From Candidatus Woesearchaeota archaeon (GTDB taxonomy: Archaea > Nanobdellota > Nanobdellia > Woesearchaeales > ARS49), in contig JAHWHZ010000001.1 of NCBI GenBank assembly GCA_019322895.1, positions 246,845 through 270,844 on the forward strand: a stretch of DNA of 24,000 nt, in the 5' to 3' direction. Below the pieces are notes generated by a model, which saw only the letters and a program-made list of their open reading frames with translations, searched no databases and was not told where the DNA came from. Numbering within the stretch: the stretch's first letter is position 1; every line of letters begins with the position of its first letter. This document shows, piece by piece, positions 8,764 through 14,962 of the stretch. A program made the translations under genes and the position numbers.

Positions 8764-9135
8764 TTAAATAACACAGCACACTTGGTCTGTGTTTGTTGCA
8801 TATATGTCAAAATAAGGATAACATTTGTTAAGGTCATTGAACTCTTCTGCACTAAGATATGCTGGGACATCTTTTGCGGAATATTGTTCTCCTGTTACTG
8901 TCAAGATATGGCATGGCTTGCTTGGCCTGACTGCCTTTATTGCATGTCCCCATGCAGGTATCTGATATGCTTTTTCCTGCCCTGGCTCAATAACTGTTCT
9001 AGTATATGCATGTATCATAGACGGCTTGACTGCAAGTCCTGTTGTTCCAGAATTATACATCATAACCAATCCAACAACAGATAACACAGCTACAACTGCC
9101 AGAATTGTTAAAGGTAATCCTTTTTGTAAGTCCAT
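8764..9135 (-). CDS. Small N-terminally membrane-anchored protein, C-x29-C-x14-CC ectodomain (tandem family member 4)
   Basis: The listed GTG start (9144) is part of GAGGTGA; ATG 9135 lies 5 nt after that motif (MDLQKGLPLT...). The helix LTILAVVAVLSVVGLVMMY is followed by NSGTTG. Cysteines at residues 75, 105, 120 and 121, and the protein ends ...QVCCVI. Confidence 0.55.
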   Translation of the reverse strand: MDLQKGLPLTILAVVAVLSVVGLVMMYNSGTTGLAVKPSMIHAYTRTVIEPGQEKAYQIPAWGHAIKAVRPSKPCHILTVTGEQYSAKDVPAYLSAEEFNDLNKCYPYFDIYATNTDQVCCVI

Positions 9136-9205
9136 AAATTTCACCTCAGTTTTTTATCTATATGAGAGGATTATAACAGTTTCTGTATATAAATCTTTTG
9201 TTATT

Positions 9206-9640
9206 TTATACTAGAAACATGATTGTTGCTACTGCAAGGAAAACAAGCAGGTTTGCTGCAACATCTTTCTTGTTTTTTAGCAAAGAGCCTGCTGGAAAGT
9301 TATATAAGAAAGTGAAAGCGCTTATTATCAAAAAATAATCTGTTTTTGATGCTAAGAAGAAAGCAACTGCAAGTATTGTAGACATAAGCAGATGATTTAT
9401 TTTCTTGAAAAAGCTAAGGTATGCAAATATTATTACCGCTCCTGCCCAGATATAATGAACATTTGTTCTGTTAATATACATTAGCAATAATATAACAGCG
9501 CAGAACAATGCCTTTTGCATGATTAAAAGATATTTTTTCCCTGGCTTTATTTCTTCTTTTGCAATCCTTGCTAAGATTCTTCCTAGAATTAATCCAGTTG
9601 ATGCTATTACTGCTATTATTATATAGTTCAGGACTTCCAT
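9206..9640 (-). CDS. Polytopic membrane protein, unknown function (about 4-5 predicted helices)
   Basis: Alternating hydrophobic stretches (IIIAVIASTGLILGRIL, ALFCAVILLLMYI, IWAGAVIIFAYLSFF, LMSTILAVAFFLA, LIISAFTFLYNF, LLVFLAVATIMFLV). The ATG overlaps the stop of the upstream Dph2 fragment by 13 nt. Confidence 0.5.
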   Translation of the reverse strand: MEVLNYIIIAVIASTGLILGRILARIAKEEIKPGKKYLLIMQKALFCAVILLLMYINRTNVHYIWAGAVIIFAYLSFFKKINHLLMSTILAVAFFLASKTDYFLIISAFTFLYNFPAGSLLKNKKDVAANLLVFLAVATIMFLV

Positions 9641-9882
9641 TCAGAATGACCCCATTGAATCAATAAATCAACTTTCAAGTCTTCAACTTGTTTTGGAATA
9701 TCACATGCACCAAAGCACGAGCCAAGCCATATTATTATTTCTGCTCCTGTCTTTTCTTTAAGTTCATTGTGAATCTTTTCAGCCTGCGGCTTAAGGCCGT
9801 CTGGTAATTGGATGCATACTCTCTTTGCTTTTGTTTTCTTTATTTCTTCTGTTGCCTTATCAAGCTCTAGTTCGTATTCCAT
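9628..9882 (-). CDS. dph2: Dph2 (2-(3-amino-3-carboxypropyl)histidine synthase) N-terminal fragment, 84 aa only
   Basis: YELELDKATEEIKKTKAKRVCIQLPDGLKPQAEKIHNELKEKTGAEIIIWLGSCFGACDIPKQVEDLKVDLLIQWGHS matches the first ~85 residues of archaeal Dph2, which is about 340 aa. Similarity stops at GHS and the ORF ends 4 codons later. Confidence 0.65.
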   Translation of the reverse strand: MEYELELDKATEEIKKTKAKRVCIQLPDGLKPQAEKIHNELKEKTGAEIIIWLGSCFGACDIPKQVEDLKVDLLIQWGHSEWKS

Positions 9883-9966
9883 AATAAAAGCGATATTTAA
9901 TACCTTTAAAAAACTATTGATAGTATTAGAAAACTATTTAAAGCCACTAAAATCCCTACCTCTCAA

Positions 9967-10056
9967 GCCCCTGTAGCTTAGTCTGGTAGAGCGCGTGGCT
10001 GTTATAGCCTTACTACAGAGACCACGAAGTCGCAGGTTCAAATCCTGCCGGGGGCG
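9967..10056 (+). tRNA. tRNA-Asn (anticodon GTT) with a 16-nt canonical-position intron (10005-10020)
   Basis: Hand-folded. Acceptor GCCCCTG/CGGGGGC, D-arm GCTT-AGTCTGGTA-GAGC, anticodon stem CGTGG/CCACG, loop CT-GTT-A, and T-arm GCAGG-TTCAAAT-CCTGC. The intron junctions fit a BHB with central helix CTGT/ACAG and 3-nt bulges TAT and AGA. No CCA is encoded. Confidence 0.85.
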
Positions 10057-10076
10057 TTTATTTTATTTTTAGAATT

Positions 10077-11087
10077 TTATTCTTCTAGAAGCTTGCCAAT
10101 TTCTTCAGAAGCTCCTGCTTCCAAGAGTTTATATACATTCAATGCTCCATTCGCATACTTAAGTATGCTGGATTCTCCGTGCCCTTTGCCAATCATGTGC
10201 TTGAATCCGCCAAAGAATGCAACTCCCTGCTCGTCAGGATCATACCATTTTTTTAGTTCTTTTAATGTCTGCATGAATTTTGCTTTTTCTTCATCACTGC
10301 ATTTTGGAAGATATAATGCGCAAAGGTCTGTTAAAACATTATTGCAGGTCTCTTCTGCAACTTTTAATATGATATTGCCCATCACTCCTGAAACAGCTGC
10401 ACCGCTAACTTCGCCAGCGTATAGGTGCTCTGGCTCGACAAACTCTATGCCTAATGCTTCTCGCGCAACGCGCATAACACTATCGCCTTTTGTTGGCTCA
10501 ACTCCATTGGATAATATTCCTATTCTTGGATTGTCTTCATTGAACAATACTTTTGCATAGACTTTTGTAATGCTTACTATTTGTTTATATGTCCTTAAAT
10601 CATGTGTCCGCGTTGCTCCAACATCGCAAAGAAAATACTTTTTCTTTGTTACCATGCTTGCAGGCATCTGCGCAATCAAATATGGTTTCCTTATGCCTGG
10701 AAATTTTTCAACCTTGTTACTTACAAGTGCCGGCCTTACAAGTGTCGGAAGCACATGTTGCGTGTTGCCGCAAGTGTAGAATCCTTCTGCAATCCCATCT
10801 TTTAAGTGTGCGCACGCATGTTCCACGATTGCTTCTGTTAATCTTTTGGAATGAGTTTCTGCAGGTTCTGAATCAACTGTAACATCAACAAGCTTTAATC
10901 TGTCGCGGTCAAAATCCTCTGTTACTTTTTCTTCAAGAACTCTTTGTGCTTTTTCCTCATTTCCAATGCCTATGAAGACTCCGTCTGTGCTTTGGACTGC
11001 TTTTACAGCGCCAAGTACTGCTCTTTCAAGCATTGGCACTCCGCCAACTTTGTCTCCACCTTCTAAATCAAGCAATAATTTATGCAT
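10077..11087 (-). CDS. plsX: PlsX-like phosphate acyltransferase family protein (bacterial fatty-acid/phospholipid synthesis type)
   Basis: I moved the start to ATG 11087, which has GGAGAT upstream, because the longer ORF runs through the tRNA-Ile gene. Blocks collinear with PlsX are LDLEGGDKVGG (cf. DAMGGDxAP), CGNT, GIRKP, CDVGAT (cf. DxGAN), NPRIGILSNGVEPTKGD (cf. PRVGLLNIGEExxKG), SGVMGNIILKVAEE (cf. GFxGNxxLK) and FFGGFKHMIGKGHGES. Confidence 0.6.
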   Translation of the reverse strand: MHKLLLDLEGGDKVGGVPMLERAVLGAVKAVQSTDGVFIGIGNEEKAQRVLEEKVTEDFDRDRLKLVDVTVDSEPAETHSKRLTEAIVEHACAHLKDGIAEGFYTCGNTQHVLPTLVRPALVSNKVEKFPGIRKPYLIAQMPASMVTKKKYFLCDVGATRTHDLRTYKQIVSITKVYAKVLFNEDNPRIGILSNGVEPTKGDSVMRVAREALGIEFVEPEHLYAGEVSGAAVSGVMGNIILKVAEETCNNVLTDLCALYLPKCSDEEKAKFMQTLKELKKWYDPDEQGVAFFGGFKHMIGKGHGESSILKYANGALNVYKLLEAGASEEIGKLLEE

Positions 11088-11137
11088 GTTATATCTCCAA
11101 GGTTTTTCTCGGTTTTTAAAGCTTATGAATAAAATGA

Positions 11138-11288
11138 TGGGCCTGCCGTGATTTGAACACGGGACCGCTCGATCTATGAACTCTTGTTCAGTCACTGGAG
11201 ACAAGGTCTTCAATGATGAGCCCTCCGAAGAAAGCTCGCGAACTCGAATTTATCAGTCGAGTGCTCCACCAGGCTAAGCTACAGGCCC
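11138..11288 (-). tRNA. tRNA-Ile (anticodon GAT) with a ~77-nt intron (about 11174-11250)
   Basis: Hand-folded on the minus strand. Acceptor GGGCCTG/CAGGCCC, D-arm GCTT-AGCCTGGTG-GAGC, anticodon stem CTCGA...TCGAG, loop CT-GAT-A, variable CGGTC, and T-arm CCGTG-TTCAAAT-CACGG. The exact intron boundaries are ambiguous because only 3 of 4 central BHB pairs form in the canonical register. Confidence 0.8.
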
Positions 11289-11377
11289 ATAATTTAATGC
11301 CTGATGTTACTCTCTGAAAACCACGTTTGTTTTATAAAACTTACGCTATCTCTTCACTGGCCAAACACCCACAACCT

Positions 11378-11385
11378 ATTTAAAG
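11378..11385 (+). promoter_or_regulatory. TATA-like box (ATTTAAAG) positioned for a leaderless transcript starting at the helicase-fragment ATG
   Basis: ATTTAAAG is centred about 24 nt upstream of ATG 11405. No Shine-Dalgarno motif lies in between. Confidence 0.35.
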
Positions 11386-11404
11386 GCTTTTAAGCTTATT
11401 CTCG

Positions 11405-12907
11405 ATGATGAACTTAAAAGTAGAAGAAAAATCAGGGGCTCCTGTAATAGATTTAGCTCTAGACACTATTAATAAGAAAAAGCAAGCCTTGGTCTTTGTC
11501 AATACAAAGCGTTCTGCAGAGAAATGCGCAGAGGAGATAAGCAAGAAAATAAAAAATGTTGATCTTGCAGATATTTCTGAAAAAGCGCGCAAGGCATTGA
11601 GCAGGCCGACAAAGCAGTGCGAAAGACTGGCAAGATGCATCAAGGCAGGGATTGCTTTTCATCACGCAGGCCTGCACTCAAAACAAAGGGAATTGATTGA
11701 ATCAAATTTCAGAAAAGGAAAAATAAAAATCATCTGCTGCACTCCTACACTTGCTGCTGGTGTTGACCTTCCTGCATTCCGCTCTATTATAAGGGATGTC
11801 ACAAGATTTACAAGCAGAGGCATGCAGCATATTCCTGTATTGGAATATTTGCAGATGGCTGGCAGGGCAGGAAGGCCTTCTTTTGATGCTCATGGAGAGG
11901 CAATTGTTCTTACAAAAACAGATTCTGAAAAAAATTTAGTCTATGAGAAATTTGTCCTTGGAGAACCAGAGGATATTTTTTCCAAGCTTGCTGTCGAGCC
12001 TGTTTTAAGAACTTATCTGCTGTCCTTGATTTCCACAAAAGTCATCCAGTCAAGAGAAGAGATTTATGATTTTTTTGGAAAGACTTTCTGGGCTTTTCAG
12101 TTCAAGGACATGCCTAAGCTGAAAAAGAATATTGACAAGATGCTGAAGCTTTTAGAAAAATGGAAGTTCATACAATTGCTTGACAAAAAATACCGCGCAA
12201 CAATATTAGGAAGAAGGATTGCAGAGCTCTACATTGATCCCTTGACAGCGCATCATTTCATGCACTGCCTGCAGAGGGCAAAGGATATCACGCTGAAGCC
12301 CATCTCTTTGCTTGTTCTTATCTGCAATACTTTAGAGATGCTTCCTTTATTGAGAGTTAAAACAAAAGAGTATGACTTGATTCAGGAAGAGCTTGCAAAA
12401 CATGAAGCACACATGCTTGACAAGGAGCCGAGCATGTTTGAACCAGAATATGACATGTACATCAATGCTTTTAAGACTGCCTTGATGTTTTCTGACTGGA
12501 TTGAGGAAAAAGATGATATTCATCTTCTTGAACAGTATGATATCCGGCCGGGAGAAACGCGCGCAAAACTAGAGAGAGCAAACTGGCTGCTGTATGCCTT
12601 GTCAGAGATTGCAAGAATAAATCAGCAGCAGTTCTTGTTAAAAGACATTTCAAGATTAAGATTCAGGCTAAGGCACGGCGCTAAAGAAGAACTGCTTCCA
12701 TTGCTGCGGCTGAAGAATGTCGGCAGAGTTAGAGCAAGAAAATTATTCAGGAATGGAATCAAGGATCTTGGTGCAGTCAGAAAATCAAAGCTTGAATTGT
12801 TAGAGAGTCTGCTTGGCAAGAAAACAGCCCATGATATTAAGGAGCAGGTTGGTGAAAAGATTGAAGCAAAGAAAGACAAAAGACAGCTCAATAACTTTAT
12901 TCAATGA
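11405..12907 (+). CDS. Ski2/Hel308-type helicase, C-terminal 500 aa only (RecA2, winged-helix, ratchet and HhH domains); the RecA1 DEAD/DExH domain is absent
   Basis: The ORF starts just before helicase motif IV (QALVFVNTKRSAEKCA) and continues through AFHHAGL, CCTPTLAAGVDLPA (motif V) and QMAGRAGRP (motif VI). A long helical region and a C-terminal LKNVGRVRARKLFRNGI helix-hairpin-helix follow. The frame is closed by TAA 7 codons upstream of the ATG, so no Walker A or DExH block can be read here. Confidence 0.75.
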   Translation: MMNLKVEEKSGAPVIDLALDTINKKKQALVFVNTKRSAEKCAEEISKKIKNVDLADISEKARKALSRPTKQCERLARCIKAGIAFHHAGLHSKQRELIESNFRKGKIKIICCTPTLAAGVDLPAFRSIIRDVTRFTSRGMQHIPVLEYLQMAGRAGRPSFDAHGEAIVLTKTDSEKNLVYEKFVLGEPEDIFSKLAVEPVLRTYLLSLISTKVIQSREEIYDFFGKTFWAFQFKDMPKLKKNIDKMLKLLEKWKFIQLLDKKYRATILGRRIAELYIDPLTAHHFMHCLQRAKDITLKPISLLVLICNTLEMLPLLRVKTKEYDLIQEELAKHEAHMLDKEPSMFEPEYDMYINAFKTALMFSDWIEEKDDIHLLEQYDIRPGETRAKLERANWLLYALSEIARINQQQFLLKDISRLRFRLRHGAKEELLPLLRLKNVGRVRARKLFRNGIKDLGAVRKSKLELLESLLGKKTAHDIKEQVGEKIEAKKDKRQLNNFIQ

Positions 12908-13493
12908 AAAGTATCAAGAGCATTATCATTCCACAAAAGGCGCTGTTGAAGAAAGTTTTGAGAAGTTTGTAAAGCCCTGCCGGATTGCAGAACTGGCAAA
13001 GACAGGAAAGATTTGTATTCTTGATGTTTGTTTTGGTGTCGGCTATAATTCTGCAGCTGCTGTTGAAGTTGCTCTTGAATCTAACCCTGACTGCGAGATT
13101 GAAATAGTTGGCCTTGAGAATGACCCGAAAATATTAGATGAAATGAAAAACCTTGATCCTATTTTTAAATATTATGGCATAATAAAGGGAAACAAAAGCG
13201 ATAAAAGAATTAAAATCAAGATTCTATTAGGCGATGCAAGAGAGACAATAAAACAAGTAACTGAAAAAGTTGATGCAGTGTTCTTTGATCCTTTCTCTCC
13301 AAAAGTCTGTCCTGAATTCTGGACAAAAGAATTCTTTTCAGACATAAAGAAAGTCATGAAAGATTCTGCAATCTTAACAACATATTCCTGCGCCAGAATC
13401 GTCAGAGACAATATGAAAGCAGTTGGCTTTAAAGTTGAAGACGGCCCTATACTTGGCAGGAGAGGACCTGCTACGATAGCAAAACTTAAATAA
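12852..13493 (+). CDS. SAM-dependent methyltransferase, MnmC-methyltransferase-like (DUF752-type); start uncertain (12813 TTG to 12852 GTG)
   Basis: YQEHYHSTKGAVEESFEKF, ICILDVCFGVGYN, VDAVFFDPFSPKVCPEFWTKEFF and LTTYSCARIVRDNMKAVGF match the MnmC N-methyltransferase-domain pattern. AGGAG at 12840-12844 favours TTG 12849 or GTG 12852. Confidence 0.6.
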   Translation: MKRLKQRKTKDSSITLFNEKYQEHYHSTKGAVEESFEKFVKPCRIAELAKTGKICILDVCFGVGYNSAAAVEVALESNPDCEIEIVGLENDPKILDEMKNLDPIFKYYGIIKGNKSDKRIKIKILLGDARETIKQVTEKVDAVFFDPFSPKVCPEFWTKEFFSDIKKVMKDSAILTTYSCARIVRDNMKAVGFKVEDGPILGRRGPATIAKLK

Positions 13494-13514
13494 GTACATC
13501 TTTTTAAGAATACC

Positions 13515-14165
13515 ATGAACAAATACGACCTTCACATCCACACTCATCATTCTGCCTGCTCTAGGATCAGGCCTAAGAAATTATTGCGAATCGCCAAAAA
13601 AAGAGGTTTGAATGGCATTGCTATAACCAATCACAATACAATCAAGGGCGGAGCAGAGGTCAAGAGATTAAACAAAGACAAAAATTTTGAAGTAATCATT
13701 GGCGCTGAAATCAAGACAGACAAAGGAGAAATATTGGGCCTTTACCTAAAAAAAGAAATCAAGTCAAGAAAAGCAGAAGAAGTAATTGATGAGATCCACA
13801 AGCAGGGCGGTATTGCAATTGCAGCGCACCCGTTTACATGGGGTTTATTAAGGACTGCTGCGAAGTTTGATAAAAAAGAATTAAAGAAACTTGATGGTTT
13901 TGAAACATTTAATGCAAGGAATACTTTCAGGTGGGAAAATGAACTTGCTGTCCAGTTTGCTCAAAAGCACAAATTAGCACAGACAGCAGGTTCTGATGCG
14001 CATTTCTATTATGAAATTGGAAGGGCATTCACAGTATTCAAGGGAAGCCTAAGAAATGCAATAAAGAAAAGGAAAACAGTCATCATGGGCAGGATTGCAC
14101 CTCTGCCTTTTGGAAGAACATTCAGTATGTTCCGAAGATTTGCAGTAAAATTTATAAAGAAGTAA
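13515..14165 (+). CDS. PHP-domain metal-dependent phosphoesterase
   Basis: YDLHIHTHHS, GIAITNHNT, AAHPF and GSDAHF are the four His/Asp motifs of the PHP fold. Confidence 0.75.
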   Translation: MNKYDLHIHTHHSACSRIRPKKLLRIAKKRGLNGIAITNHNTIKGGAEVKRLNKDKNFEVIIGAEIKTDKGEILGLYLKKEIKSRKAEEVIDEIHKQGGIAIAAHPFTWGLLRTAAKFDKKELKKLDGFETFNARNTFRWENELAVQFAQKHKLAQTAGSDAHFYYEIGRAFTVFKGSLRNAIKKRKTVIMGRIAPLPFGRTFSMFRRFAVKFIKK

Positions 14166-14195
14166 TTCTTTTGATGCTATATCAAATGAGGTGAT

Positions 14196-14672
14196 ATGAT
14201 GGAAAAGCTTGAAGCTTTCATACTTATTGTTGTACTTCTCGTAGCATTTGGAGGAATATATTATTTCTTCACAGCAGGAGCTGGAGAAGCTACACGGATG
14301 CTGGTCGGCTGTACAGGAGATTTCACTCTTCAATTAAGACTTGGCGGTGCAAGGGAATCTGCAGACTACCGCTTCAAAGGCATACATGGAACTGTCAGGA
14401 TACTTGATATAGAAGAAGACAAGGCAAAATTCATGCTTGACGGTCAGGAAACTCCATACCTAGGATTTGGAGAAGTCTTCCTTGGAACTCAGGCAGGCAT
14501 CAAGATGAGCAAGGTTGGAAGGACTACTGCTTCTTTCTGCATGGCATCAACTGTGCCTGAATGCGTTGCATACACATGGGATGAAGAAGCAGGAACAAGG
14601 ATATGCCGCGAAATAAGAAGCTCTGCTGATGAGAAGTTCCAGAGAGGCGGAAGATCAAGTATTTTTGAATAA
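14196..14672 (+). CDS. Hypothetical single-pass membrane-anchored protein with a 4-Cys ectodomain
   Basis: GAGGTGAT lies directly upstream of ATGATG. The N-terminal helix is AFILIVVLLVAFGGIYYFF. No recognisable family. Confidence 0.5.
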   Translation: MMEKLEAFILIVVLLVAFGGIYYFFTAGAGEATRMLVGCTGDFTLQLRLGGARESADYRFKGIHGTVRILDIEEDKAKFMLDGQETPYLGFGEVFLGTQAGIKMSKVGRTTASFCMASTVPECVAYTWDEEAGTRICREIRSSADEKFQRGGRSSIFE

Positions 14673-14737
14673 TTTTTTTTCTTTTTAATTCAACTTCTCG
14701 ATAGTTTTTTAAACCCAGAATAAGTTATTTCTCTTAT

Positions 14738-14809
14738 GCCCCTGTAGTATAGTGGATAGTACGTGCGGTTGCGGTCCGTAAAACCGGAGTTCGATTCTCC
14801 GCAGGGGCA
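14738..14809 (+). tRNA. tRNA-Arg (anticodon GCG), intron-less
   Basis: Hand-folded. Acceptor GCCCCTG/CAGGGGC, D-arm GTAT-AGTGGATA-GTAC, anticodon arm TGCGG-TT-GCG-GT-CCGTA, and T-arm CGGAG-TTCGATT-CTCCG with discriminator A. Confidence 0.85.
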
Positions 14810-14908
14810 TATATTCTACTTACACGAAATTGGCTTGAAATTCAAATTCGTGCGCGCAATCTTGTATTGCGCAGTTTTGATCAAATTTTTTTTAAAAATT
14901 TGGTTTGC

Positions 14909-14925
14909 TTCTCCGCAGGGGCATA
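14909..14925 (+). repeat. Exact 17-nt copy (TTCTCCGCAGGGGCATA) of the tRNA-Arg 3' end (14795-14811)
   Basis: Direct repeat read in the sequence; the two copies are separated by 97 nt. The spacer contains the hairpin GCGCAAT-CTTGT-ATTGCGC and an imperfect CACGAAATT...AAATTCGTG pair. Confidence 0.8.
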
Positions 14926-14962
14926 CAAAGTTTTTTATTCTAATCAATATTCTGTCTCATTA

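Noticed and set aside
7363-9135. Type IV pilin-like (class III) signal peptides on the four tandem small proteins
   Set aside because: Only one of the four (MDLQKG|LPLTIL) has a K-G motif before the hydrophobic stretch. The others have N, S or T at that position, so a shared prepilin-peptidase site is not supported. I describe them simply as signal-anchor or N-terminal transmembrane proteins.
11088-11213. N-terminal 42 codons of the listed 378-aa ORF (10077..11213, minus strand)
   Set aside because: This extension runs through exon 2 and part of the intron of the tRNA-Ile gene and has no similarity to PlsX. ATG 11087 with GGAGAT upstream is the credible start.
11213-11219. Perfect C-box-like ATGATGA inside the tRNA-Ile intron region, suggesting an intron-encoded C/D box sRNA
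   Set aside because: The motif is on the plus strand while the tRNA and its intron are on the minus strand. No CTGA D box is suitably placed on the plus strand, and the minus-strand intron lacks a RUGAUGA box.
14877-14898. Bacterial-style -35/-10 pair (TTGATC ... TAAAAA) upstream of the sigma gene
   Set aside because: The spacer is only about 10 nt rather than about 17. Such A/T-rich hexamers are abundant by chance in this sequence.
14867-14962. N-terminal 32 codons of the listed 542-aa sigma ORF, and the overlapping 66-aa ORF 14763..14963
   Set aside because: Both read through the tRNA-Arg gene or its duplicated 3' fragment and through T-rich spacer. Sigma region 1.1-like sequence begins right after ATG 14963.
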